Shown in pieces: positions 9,686 through 20,535 of a stretch of 64,000 nt of DNA. Under the pieces are notes generated by a model that did not search any database, had not been told where the DNA came from, and worked only from the letters and a program-made list of their open reading frames with translations. The first letter of the stretch is position 1; every line of letters starts with the position of its first letter. Source of the DNA: Hyaloraphidium curvatum SAG 235-1 (taxonomy: Eukaryota > Fungi > Monoblepharomycota); NCBI GenBank assembly GCA_025558095.1, contig JAIVFI010000001.1:744001-808000 (forward strand), read 5' to 3'. Position numbers and translations under genes: made by a program.

Positions 9686-12600
9686 ATGCCAGACTCACCG
9701 CCGCCGGCCTCGCCGGGCAAGACCTCTAAGCGAGCCGGCAAGCGGCGAGCGTCGGGGACGAGTGCTCCGCGCGATGGGGCGCCATCTCCGACGTCGCCCG
9801 TTACGTCGCCCGCCACGCCAATGACGCCCGCCACGCCTCCGCCCGACGCGGCGACGCCGACGGGCAAGCCCGGAAGGCGGCGCAACAAGCGGCGAGGCAC
9901 GAAAGCGGACGCGCCGGAATCGCCCGACGCCGACGCGTCGCACGCATCCTCGCCGCGCGCAAACGCGGGATCGCCGGTACCGTCAAACCCGCAGCAGGCA
10001 CGCAAACAGCCGCCGGCATCGGACCGCCCCGCGACACCCACCGGCTCGCCCGCGCCCGCAATCTCCACGGCGCGCTCGGCATCGCGCTCAGCCTCCTTCT
10101 CCAACAAGGCCGAGCAAGTTCGCGTTACCTCTCCAACAGCGGTCAGCGTGATTGAGGCGCATCTGGACGGCGAGGCCGTGGCTCTCGCAAAGGCGCCCAA
10201 GCGCAGTGCGACCCCCAAGCGCGTCAGGATGGGCGAGGCGACCACGCTGCCTGCACCGACACCGCCAAAACCCAACAAGGGCAGGCGGAAAAAGTCGCTG
10301 GCCGCGCACCGCCAGGGCGCCGGCGCGGACGGCAGGGTGCCCGGTTCCGATGAGATGGAGCCGGGCCCGTCGCAGACGCCGCTGAAGCGCAGGACGACGG
10401 CAAACAGCCTTAAAACGCCCGTGTCGCCGGGCCTGCCGGACCCCCCGCCGCGGCGCCGCCGCCGCCGGCCGAAGGACCCCTTCGACCGTCCCTCCAAGAC
10501 GGTCATCTTGAACAACTACGACGGCTGGTTCCCTGGCCGGGGATTCGAGGACCAGGCGGTGGTCTGGGTGCAAAAGGAGGGCGTGGACATTGTTTCGCCG
10601 CTTGGCTGGCGGTCCAACGACGCCCCGGCCATCCCGTACGGCGGGCCGGCGCTCAAGATCGAGGTGGACGGGCTGATGGGCGCCGATGCCGTGCTTGATG
10701 CGGAGGGCGCGCTCGCGGGGCCGGCGGGGTCCACGTCGACGCTGGACCAGATGCTCGCCGAGGGCGTGGAGCGCATGGCACTGGCCGACGGCGGCACGCA
10801 CCCATCGGAGCCGCCGAGCCTGCATGCCCCGTCGCTCGAGTCGGGCGGCTCCCTCCCCGACGACTTCCGCCAGACCGTGCCGACCGTGGTCCCGCTCAAG
10901 ACCGGGGAGGAGCCGCCGACGGCCGGCGGGATCAACATTCCTCGGAGCGGCGCCGATGAGGAGGACGATGTCGGCACCATGGCCAGCCAGGAATCCTACC
11001 GGCACCTCGCACTGGCCGCGCACGTGCGCGAGGCGCGCATGGAGGAGGACTCGGGTGCGTGGGCCTTCCGCGACATGGGGGACGACTCGCTCGCCTCTCC
11101 TTCATCCACGGACCGCTTCGTCTTCCCCGAACCCGACGGTACCGAACCGCCTCCCGTCCCCTCCCCCTCGCGACGCCCCTCGCTCCGCCCGCAGGGCCAC
11201 GGCAGGGTCCCCTCGGTCTCGGCCATCAACACCGCCGTCCCCCGCCCCGCCGCCCCCCCCTCCACCTCCAACTTCGCCACCTCGCACCTGGTCCGCGGCA
11301 AAGCCCTCGGGAAGGGCTCCCACGGCAGCGTGTACCTCGTGCAGGACCGCGACAGCGCGGAGCTCTACGCGCTCAAGGAGATCCTCCCCCAGGCCGACCC
11401 CAAGATGCACCGCCAGGTCATGGGCTCCCTGTGGGAGGAGATGCGGCTGCTCTCGAACCTGAAGCACGACAACGTGGTGCAGGTCGTCCGCCTCGTGTAC
11501 AACGGCGCCTCGCCCGCGTCGACCTCCTCCGCGACCTCGTCCGCGACCCCCTGGACTCCGTTGGCGCCGGCCCCGCAGATGCTCATGGAGTACGTCAGCG
11601 GCGGCTCCATCGCCTCGCTCATCCGCTCGCTGGACCCGCTGCCCTTCCCCGAGGCGCTGGCGGCCCACCTGGGCCGGCAGGTCGCCAAGGGCCTGGCGTA
11701 CCTGCACTCGATGAACGTGATCCACAGGGACATCAAGGGCGCCAACGTGCTAGTGACCCCCGCGGGCACGGCCAAGATATCCGACTTCGGCATCTCGCTG
11801 GACGTGAGCGACTACATCCAGCAGCGCGCCGACGGCGGGCTGCTGGAGCCCGAGGAGGCGCAGGCCAGGCCGGCCGAGAGGCCGGGGGGAAAGGGGGTGT
11901 ACAGCACCATCGCGAGAACGGAGCTCAAGGGGACTTGCTTCTTCATGGCGCCCGAGGCGACAAAGAAGCACTACTCGGCCAAGGTCGACATCTGGTCGTT
12001 CGGGTGCCTCGTGCTCGAGGTGCGTTGTCTGCACGTCCGCGCCCGAAGTATCCGGCTCACCGTTTCCCAGATGCTCTCGGGCCGCGCCCCCTGGCCGCAT
12101 TGCGAAGCCTTCACCGTCCTCCGCTGGCTCTACCGCGGCGAGAACCTCCCCCCTCCGCTGCCCCCCGTGATCGGCGACGACGCGGCGCCGCCGTACCCGC
12201 CGCCGACGGACCGCGGCGACCGCGGGTTCCTGAACCCGTCCACGCCTCACATCTCGCACTCGGCGGGGGTCGACGCCATCGGGCTGGGCATCATCAACCT
12301 GTCCAAGCGCAGCATCGTTGTGACGAGGGAGGCGAGGGCACTGCTGGATTTGTGCCTTCGAGTGTGAGTTGTTGCCGCCGCCCGCCACCGCTCTCCCTTC
12401 TCTGATCTGCCCCCGTTGCACAGCGACCCCGCCGCCCGCCCAACCGCCACGGACCTCGTCTGCTTCTCCCCCTTCCTCGCCCCCCGCCCGTACGATTTTG
12501 TCGCCGAGTGGCCGCGCCTCCTCGACGCCGCGCGCACGCTGCAACCTGCCGCGGCGGCGGCCTCGGACGGCACGGCGGTGCACGATCCCGCGGACCTAGA

Positions 12601-12832
12601 AGAAGAGGAGGAGGACGATGAGGACGGGGAGTGCGAGGGGACCGAGTACGAGGGGGAGAGCGGGGAAGATGATGAGTGCCCCGAGGGTTGCGATTGCGAG
12701 TACTGTCACGAGGATGGCGACGATCATGAAGACGGTGAGGCGGAGGCCGGGCCGTCGAGGGCGCCGGAGGAGGCGGCGCCGAAGAGCAGCCCCGACGAGG
12801 ACGGGAACGACGATGCCGGGACGCTCCGGTGA
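9686..12832 (+). CDS. STE11/BCK1-family MAP kinase kinase kinase with long disordered N-terminus and acidic tail
   Basis: GKGSHGSVY, YALKE, MEYVSGGS, HRDIKGANVL, KISDFG, GTCFFMAPE, DIWSFGC; introns 12020-12070 and ~12364-12423. Confidence 0.88.
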
Positions 12833-12929
12833 AGAGGATCTTGGGAAGGATACCCCGCGATTGGGAGCTAATGTAAAGGAATTGAGGCCTCTATTCCCCG
12901 GCACGAAGTCGTTCCTCTGCCGCGCGCCG

Positions 12930-15862
12930 CTACCCGGAGATTGAGATCTTGCTGCGGCTCTTGGACAGATGCCGGCGGCGATAGGTGCTGGCAAACTCCT
13001 GCATCGCGTTGCGCATCATCTTGGACGAGCCGGGCTCGATGCATGCGCTGTCGAAAAGAATGTCAGCAATCCAAAGTTGGATATCGACGTTGACACCCAC
13101 GCCTCGAGTTTCCCAAGGAACGCCTCCTTCTCTTCGCCCTCCTCGGGTATCCTCCTGACCAGCCCATCCAGCCATGCCCTGCCCTGCCCCGGGAACGCGT
13201 CCGCGATAGCCTTGGCCGCGTCGCCGCAGTCCCTGATCACCTCCCTCGGCGCCGTGAACAGCACCGCGTTGAGGATGGCAGAAAGCAGGCCCTCGGCGCC
13301 GCTGCGGAACACCTCGAGCAGTGGCGCGAGCGCGGGGTCGCGCTCGCAAAGCAAGAGGTAGATGTCCTTGATGGCCCCGAGGACCATCTCGGCGCTCTCG
13401 GGCTGCTCAGTAGCGAGGCAGTGGCCCGTGCAGGCGAGGAGGGAGGCGACAAAGTCGGGGTTGAGGTGGGGAACGATGGCGGGTGTGCGCCGGAAAAAGA
13501 CCGAAACGGTCGAAAAGTACTCCTCAAGAACTGAGTAGAAGAAGGTTAACTTGAAGCGAACACGGTCGCATAACGCGCAACCCACGATCGGGTATATCCG
13601 ACACTCCGCGCTTGGAAATGACGCCAAAGGCAACCACGCTGACGGCCCTGAACAGCTCACCCATGCTCCGCCCAGCCTCCGTCTCTGCGCTTCCAAACTC
13701 CTCGATGCTCCTCTTGCACACCCAAAGGTACGCGGGATCGCCGGTCCGCTCAAACATCTCGACCAGCTGCGATAGAATGGGCGGCATAAGGGGCAAGAAG
13801 TCGGGTCCGATGTGCACGACGCAGTTGACAAAGAGCCTGGCCAACGCCGAAGCTACGGGCGCGTGGATGCCCATCGAGGTCATGATCGGGGAGAGGATGG
13901 GCCACATCTGGGAGAGGATGGCGGCCAGGGGGTGCGGCGTGCCCGGCGGAGGGCGGACCTTAAGGTACTTGACAAAGACCGCGAGCTGGGAGATGAGATC
14001 CGCGGCATCCCGGATCGTCGCATCGTCCTCGGTCCCGCCTTCGCCGGCGATCGCGTGCAGGCGCTGGGCGACAGGTAGGAGGAACTCGCCGATCCACTGG
14101 GCCAGGTTCTCTTTGACGTTGAGCAGAACGTTGGAGATGGCCTCGGCCATGCGCATCCGGTCCTCGTTCTGGAGCGTGGGCAGCGTGGCGAGGTAGAAAG
14201 GGTGGAGCTGCGGGAGGTAGGGAACGAGCTCGCTGCCGCAGGACTCGCAGAGAAAGAGGAAAGCCTGGGTGGCGGCGGGCTTGCACTCGGCATCGCCCTG
14301 GGAAAACCCGTCGGCGACAAAGGTGAGCTGGAAGGGTATAAACTCCGCGTGCTTGCCCGTCCAGGAGGCGTAGCGCCCAATGACGAGCAACGCGGCGTAG
14401 CGTAGCTTGGGATGGGACGGCGAAATGCCGGGGAGGAGAGCCATGACCCGCGGGAGGACGGCGGATTCGTCGTCCGGGATGCGTGCGCCGACGGCGCGGA
14501 GGAAGAACAGCGGTGCCTCGAGCTCCTGCCATGACCCGGCGCCCTCCGCCGCGGCGAGCACGCGGTGCGGAATCGTCAGGATTTCCTCGGTGCCGAGAAC
14601 CAATGCACAGTCCTTGAGAGTGTCGCCCATGTCGTGCCGGAAGTCGCGGAAGTCGTCCCGCTCTTCCGCCGACATGGGCTCCGAATCCGGCGGATACCGA
14701 AGATGGCGCAGCATCCCTTCCGCCAACGCGCGGAAAGTGGGCTTGAAAGCTTCGCGGGCCGCAGCTTCCGCCGGGCCAGCTTTCGGACCCGCAATCTTGT
14801 CCGCCAGCTCGAACCAGAAACGGAAAGTGATCCGCGATACCTCGGCACCGGATCGGGCGCAGTCCAATATCGCTTGAACGAGGGCCGCAAAGTCGTTGGG
14901 ATGCGCCGCCACCAGCTGGAGATAGGCCTCGCCGGCCTCGGCATAGATACGGCACATCCCGCGCAACGCCTCCTCATCCTCCTCGGCCAGATACTGATCC
15001 AGCAGCGGTCTCAAGGAAAGAAGGTGCGGATAGACTGCCTGGACGACATCCATGCTCTCCGAGAGGGCGCGAGTTCCGCGCACGACCTCCACGGCCAGGT
15101 CCACAGCGGCGTCCGAAAGCTCGGGCACGGTGAGGGAGGAAAAGATGAGCGGGATCAACGGAGTGGGAAGAAGCGAAGCCGGCGGAAGGTCGCCGTCCGA
15201 AAGCCATGAGCGTAGCACCGTGAAGCCGTCCAGGATGCGGGCGTTTGAAGGACCTGGAAAGGCGGAGAGAGATTAGCTCAGATCCTCGACCGCCAGGAGG
15301 GAATTCGATTGCCCCGGCGCGAAAACCCACTGCTGCCGATGCCTGCAACGACCCATTGTACTATTTGTGGTCCTTTGTCGCGCCAGCGGGCCGATGCGCC
15401 GCGGTTCCGCTCCCGCGAACCCTCTTCCGGCAGGACCCGCAGGAACTCGGCGAGGGCCCGCCGCGCTGCCTCGCTCTCCGCCGCGGGCCCAAACAGCGCC
15501 ACAATGTCCGCGATAGGATCGGCCCATTCGGTCTGCAGCGCGAGCGCGGCCAGACCCACGGCGAGGTGCGCGAAAACGGTGCGCTCGGCGTGGAATGCGG
15601 CGAAGAGCCGCAGCACGGTCCCGCGCAGGGCAGCGGCGTCCGGATGGGTCGAGAGATCGTAGATGCACTTGATCTTGACCGTCTGCGCCGCGAATGTGCG
15701 CGCCTCGCCGGCCGCACCGGGCGAGTCGAGAATCGCGACGGCGCCATCCCACGCTTCCCGCGACTTTTGGAACGAGTCCAGGAACTCGTTGGCCGCCCGG
15801 CGCGATGCAGACGTCGCGTCGGGCGCGTACAGCGCGGACAGCGCCGCGAGGACGTCCGCCAT
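12930..15862 (-). CDS. MTR10: Transportin-SR / Mtr10 (importin-beta family), multi-exon
   Basis: ANEFLDSFQKSREAW, FAAQT, DDFRDFRHDMGDTLKDC, WQELEAPLFFLR, HPKLRYAALLVIGRY. Confidence 0.9.
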
Positions 15863-16241
15863 CGGGGGGGCAGAAAAGAGGTGAATCGACAACACTCTAG
15901 CGCAGGCAAGTACGCGGCGCCAGAACAAACTGCAGATCAGGCCACATTCGTTCTTTCTCCGGACGAACCAGTTCCAGAGCACTAATGAGTCAACGCAAAA
16001 CTTTACAGAGAGAGAGCACTCCATCTTCCGGTGTTGAGGAAGTGCTCAGTGTGCTTGGCTCTCCGGACTGGAAGCTCTGTTCTGTTTCCGGGTTGCCTTC
16101 ATTGATCTCTCTGCTGTTCCTTTCATTTATGTGCTCTTTATCGCGTAGGTGCTTGCGACCGTTGGGGGCGCTCTAGGGAGTTGACGTCAGCGCCGGGAGG
16201 AGGTCCGGAAGAGCCGGAATCTCTCCCACCGTGCGCGACCC

Positions 16242-17493
16242 ATGAAGATAATCGCCTTCCGAAGATGGAGAGTCCTCGCCGTCGCCCTCCTGTTCGCCGG
16301 AATCGTGGCGTGGATCCCCAATCGAAATTAGGATCCCGACTACGTTGACGATGCCGAACACGCGGAGCGGCCGCTGCTCGTTCTGAACGTCGGCCCGTTC
16401 AAGACCGGTTCTACGGCTTTCCAGGACCGGCTGTGCGAATGGAGGGACAGGCTGGCCGCGTCGAACGTGACGGTGTTCACGGTGGACACAACGGGCAAAG
16501 CATGCAAGCCAAAGGCTCCAGGATGGGTCGCCCTCGCCCTGGCCAAGCGGGCACCGACGACCACGCAGGGCTACGAGGCATTCCTGAACGCAGTGGCCGG
16601 CCTCAAAGCCGGACAGACGCTCGTGTTTTCGAGCGAGTACTTGTGCAACCTCAAGCCCTCGCATTTGGAGCCGATCGTGCAGGCGGTCCGCGCGTCCGGG
16701 GCCGACGTTGCCGTGGTGGCCGTTTTCCGACGCTGGGCGAGCCGGATGACCTCGTGGTACGGACACAACGCCGCCGTCGACACCTCCCACTTTCTTGGAA
16801 AGGCGTTTGCCGCGTTTCGGCTCGTCCGCGGCGATCGCTCGTACCACAACATCCTGGCGACGTGGCTGGGCGGCTTTCCTGCCACCTACTTGTCTGTTGT
16901 TTCTCTCGAGGGATCTGTCAGGGGCGGGATCGACTTGGATGCCGCCATATTGGCGTCTGCACTCGGAAGCAGGGCTCCAACGTGGCTTCTGGAGGCTTCC
17001 CGTGCACCCAGCGGGAGGGAGCAGCGGACGAATTCTCGCCCCATGACCGCCGCGGACGCTACCTACGCCGCTTTCCTCGAATGGGCCATGGTGGAGCGGC
17101 CCCGCCCGCCTCGCGGGCAACACCTCGTGGGACGCCGGAGGCTGGCCTATTCCGGATCAAAGACCATGTGCGGCGCGCAAAGCTGCGGACATGCTGCGGG
17201 GCAAGTTGCCGCTGGCCTGCGCATCGTTCCCGGACGAAGCACGGGCGGCCGATCTGGACTACCTGGAGGCGCTGAGGGACGCGCGGCGGCGGGCAAAAGG
17301 GAGACTGCGGTTGGTGCATTTTGCTCCGGGGAGGAAGATCGAGCTGCCCGCTCCTATTGATGATCCTCCGCTGGATTACTGCGAGGTGGATCGGGACAAG
17401 GTAGATGGTGATGTGGATAAGTGTGCGAGCCTTGTCGCAGCCGCTGCGGCCGAGATCGCTGCAGTGTGCAGGAATCCCGGTAGAAAACGATGA
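16242..17493 (+). pseudogene. Disabled tandem paralog of the sulfotransferase-fold gene at 17799-19016
   Basis: Colinear with the downstream copy. In-frame TAG at 16329-16331 where the paralog has CAG; 4-nt CCGC tandem duplication at ~17102-17109 shifts the frame (removing it restores ERPRLAGN vs ERPRFAGN). Confidence 0.85.
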
Positions 17494-17798
17494 AAAGGTC
17501 ATGCATGGTTGACTCTCTGGAATCGGGTGAGGAAACTCGCGGTTCAGAGCGACACTCGAGCGGCCATTGCTCGAGGGGGGAGGTTGGCAGGCTCCTCCCG
17601 ACCTCGCCCGGGCGCAGACCGTGGTCTGTGCTCGAGGCAGCCTTGCGGTCTTGGTAAACGCTGAAGTTTTCGGCGCGCCGCGAGAGCCGCTCGTGAACAG
17701 TTTCAGCGACTCCGCCGCGAGTGACGGATGACTGATGGGTCCGACCCTCAGGGACCGAGCCGGGGATCTGGCGGAACTCTCCCGCCAAGCACGGGCCC

Positions 17799-19016
17799 AT
17801 GAAGAAGTCTGCCCTCCGAAGGCAGACATTCCTCGCCCTTGCCGTCCTGTTCGCCGGAATCGTGGCATGGAGCACCTCTGGACAGGATCCCAGCTTTCCT
17901 GACGACGCCGAACACGCGGAGCGGCCGCTGCTCGTTCTGCACGTCGGCCCCTTCAAGACAGGTTCGACGGCTTTGCAGAATAGGCTTTGCGAATGGAGGG
18001 ACCAGCTCGCTCAGTCGAACGTGACGGTGTTCACGACGGACCCGTCGGGAAAGCGATGCTGGCCCAAAGCCGCGGCCTCGGTCGCCCTCGCTCTCGAAGA
18101 TCGGGCCTCGAAGGACGCGCACGAATACGTGGCGTTCTTTGCCGCCGTTGCCGGGCTCAAAGCCGGACAGACGCTCGTGTACTCGAGCGAGTACCTGAGC
18201 AATCTCTTTCCCAATCACTTGGAGCCCGTTGCGCGGGCACTCCGCGCGTCGGGGGCCGACATTGCTGTTGCGGCCGTCTTCCGTCGCTGGGCCGGCAGGA
18301 TGACTTCTTGGTACGGGCACAACGCCGCCGTCTCCCATGTCTTCTTTCGTGGAAAGACGTTTGCGGCATTCCGTCTCTATGTGAGAAAGAAAACCTACCG
18401 CAACCTCCTGGCGACGTGGTTGGGCGTTTTTCCTAGGGCCTATGTGGCCGTCGTTTCCCTCGAGGGATCCGCTAGGGCCGGAATCGACTTGGATGCTGCC
18501 GTCTTGGCGTCCGCACTCGGGAGCCGGGCTCCAACGTGGCTTCTGGATGCATCTCGAGCACCTGGCGCGAAGAGGACGCGGATCAACTCTCGCCCCATTG
18601 CCACTGCGGACGCAATCTATGCCGCGTTCCTCGAGTGGGTCATGCTGGAGCGGCCGCGGTTCGCTGGCAACGCCTCGGCGGAGGTTTGGTCCGTTGCCGC
18701 GCGAAGACCCTGCGCGGCGCGCAAATCTGCGGAGGTTCTGCGGGACAAGCTACCACGAGCCTGCGGATCGTTTGCGGACGAGGCACGGGCGGCCGATCTG
18801 GAGGACCTGGAGGCGCTGAGGGACGCGCGGCGGCGGGCGAAAGGGAGACTGCGGTTGGTGCATTTTGCTCCCGGGAGGAAGATCGAGCTGCCCGCTCCTA
18901 TTGATGATCCTCCGCTGAATTACTGCGAGGTGGATCGGGACAAGGTGGACGGCGAACCAAACAGGTATGCGAGCCTTGTCGCAGCCGCTGCGGCCGAGAT
19001 CGCTGCATCGTGCTGA
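17799..19016 (+). CDS. Type II membrane / secreted protein with P-loop sulfotransferase-like motif, intronless (405 aa)
   Basis: Signal anchor (FLALAVLFAGIVAW); LVLHVGPFKTGSTALQ matches HxGxxKTG[ST][TS]xLQ; YSSEYL and VFRRWAGRMTSWY resemble downstream motifs of that family. Confidence 0.7.
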   Translation: MKKSALRRQTFLALAVLFAGIVAWSTSGQDPSFPDDAEHAERPLLVLHVGPFKTGSTALQNRLCEWRDQLAQSNVTVFTTDPSGKRCWPKAAASVALALEDRASKDAHEYVAFFAAVAGLKAGQTLVYSSEYLSNLFPNHLEPVARALRASGADIAVAAVFRRWAGRMTSWYGHNAAVSHVFFRGKTFAAFRLYVRKKTYRNLLATWLGVFPRAYVAVVSLEGSARAGIDLDAAVLASALGSRAPTWLLDASRAPGAKRTRINSRPIATADAIYAAFLEWVMLERPRFAGNASAEVWSVAARRPCAARKSAEVLRDKLPRACGSFADEARAADLEDLEALRDARRRAKGRLRLVHFAPGRKIELPAPIDDPPLNYCEVDRDKVDGEPNRYASLVAAAAAEIAASC

Positions 19017-19187
19017 GACCCGGGAAAGTAGCCGATGCTCTTTACAGAATGTAATGGAGCCCGGTTTACCTGAGATCTGTTGCAGAGCAGGACCGCTCGG
19101 ACTTGCGCCTGTGCGCCAGTGGTGTGGCCCCGCCGCCTGGGCGAGAAACGAAAAAGCAAACGCGCTCGCCCCCTTCCGCCCATCGCG

Positions 19188-20238
19188 ATGTCCGACAACG
19201 AGAGCGACCGGCGCAGCGAGCGTGGCGGCGGCGACGCCGAGATGGCGGGCACGCCGCCCAACGAGCCGAAGCGCAGCCCCGCGCGGTCGCGCAGCCGCAG
19301 CCGCAGCCGGTCGCGCAGCCGCTCGCGCGAGCGCCGCGGCCGCGAGCGCGGTGACCGCCGCTCGCCGAGCCCGCGCAAGGACGACCGCGGCCGCGACCGC
19401 GACGACCGCCGCGAGGGCAAGGAGCGCTCGACCGCCGCGAACGGCCGCACGTCGCTGTACATCCGCGGCCTGCACGAGTCGACCAGGTGCGCCTCGCCTG
19501 AAAATCCGTTCTTGCAGCGGTTCTTAATGTTTTCCGACCCGCAGGCCCGAGGAGCTGCGCGAGACCTTCGAAAAGTACGGCACCGTCAAGGACATCTACA
19601 TCCCGCGCGGTGGGCATCGCATCGCGGTCCGCTGGCGGCAAGAAGGCCTTTGGGCACTTGCCTTCTCGGCCGGCATTGATATTGCGGTTTCTGATACCCG
19701 TGTGGCCGTCGGCAGACTACTACAGCCGCCGCCCCAAGGGCTACGCGTACATCGAGTACGCTGCCCCCGAGGAGGCCGAGGCCGCCATGACCAAGATCGA
19801 GGTGGGCAACAGTCTTCATTGCGTACCTTTTGCCGCCACCGACGCTCGCTCGTGCAGTACCTCACCATCGCGGACAACCGCGTCACGCTCGAGTACGCCA
19901 TCGGGCAGCGCAAGTCCGCCAACGACATGCGCGGCCGTGACCGCTACCGCGGAGGCTACGGCGGCTATGGCAGGGGCGGCGGCAGGTTTGTTCTCCGCTC
20001 ACTTTCGCCTCCGTATCCTCTGCTCACGGTCTGCCGCAGGAGCCCGCCCTACGACGGCTACGGCCCGCCGCGCTACCGCGACCCCTACGACCGTCGCGAC
20101 GACTACCGCCGGGACGACTACCGGCGCGACGACTACCGCCGCGACGACAGGGACCGGGACTACCGCCGGCGCAGCCGCAGCCGGACCCGGAGCCCCCGTC
20201 GCGACAGGTCCAGGTCCAGGGACCGCTCCAGGCGCTGA
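19188..20238 (+). CDS. SR splicing factor (SRSF10/SC35-like: RS-RRM-RD/RS), 4 introns
   Basis: RSRSRS tracts; RRM TSLYIRGL...FEKYGTVKDIYIPR|DYYSRRPKGYAYIEY; RRDDY repeats. Introns ~19487-19544, 19609-19715, 19802-19857, 19986-20039. Confidence 0.88.
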
Positions 20239-20282
20239 GCGCGGGAAGATTCGGCCAAGTGTCCGGTGTTGGCAGGAGGACA

Positions 20283-20305
20283 GGGCAGGCAGGCAGGCAG
20301 GCAGG
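20283..20305 (+). repeat. (GGCA)n microsatellite in convergent 3' region
   Basis: gggcaggcaggcaggcaggcagg; a similar run lies at ~33347-33366. Confidence 0.7.
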
Positions 20306-20535
20306 GAGCCAAGGCGGCAAGCCGGGCGAGAATGTGGCACAAAAGCGAAAGCGGCCCGGCGCGGCGCGGCAAGATTTCTAACAGAGCCAAGTACAAGCAA
20401 AGGTTTTTCATTTTTCAAGCGTGCTGCTGTCCAAGTCAAAGCGTTTCGGTTTCGCAAGCGCTGGCTGCCATGGCCCGTCAAGCGCGTCCAAGAGTCTACC
20501 TCGACTCGACCCGGTTCCGAGAAAAGAGAGAGCGT

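Noticed and set aside
15900-16170. AT-richer intergenic stretch as ncRNA, with a TGAGTCA (Gcn4/AP-1-like) site at ~15986
   Set aside because: No recognisable snRNA, snoRNA or tRNA boxes; a single 7-mer is not enough; most simply the divergent promoter region.
16329-16331. In-frame TAG as recoding, alternative genetic code or RIP signature
   Set aside because: TAG is a normal stop in other genes here (COX11, KAR5), the same copy also has a frameshift, and one CA>TA change is not evidence of RIP.
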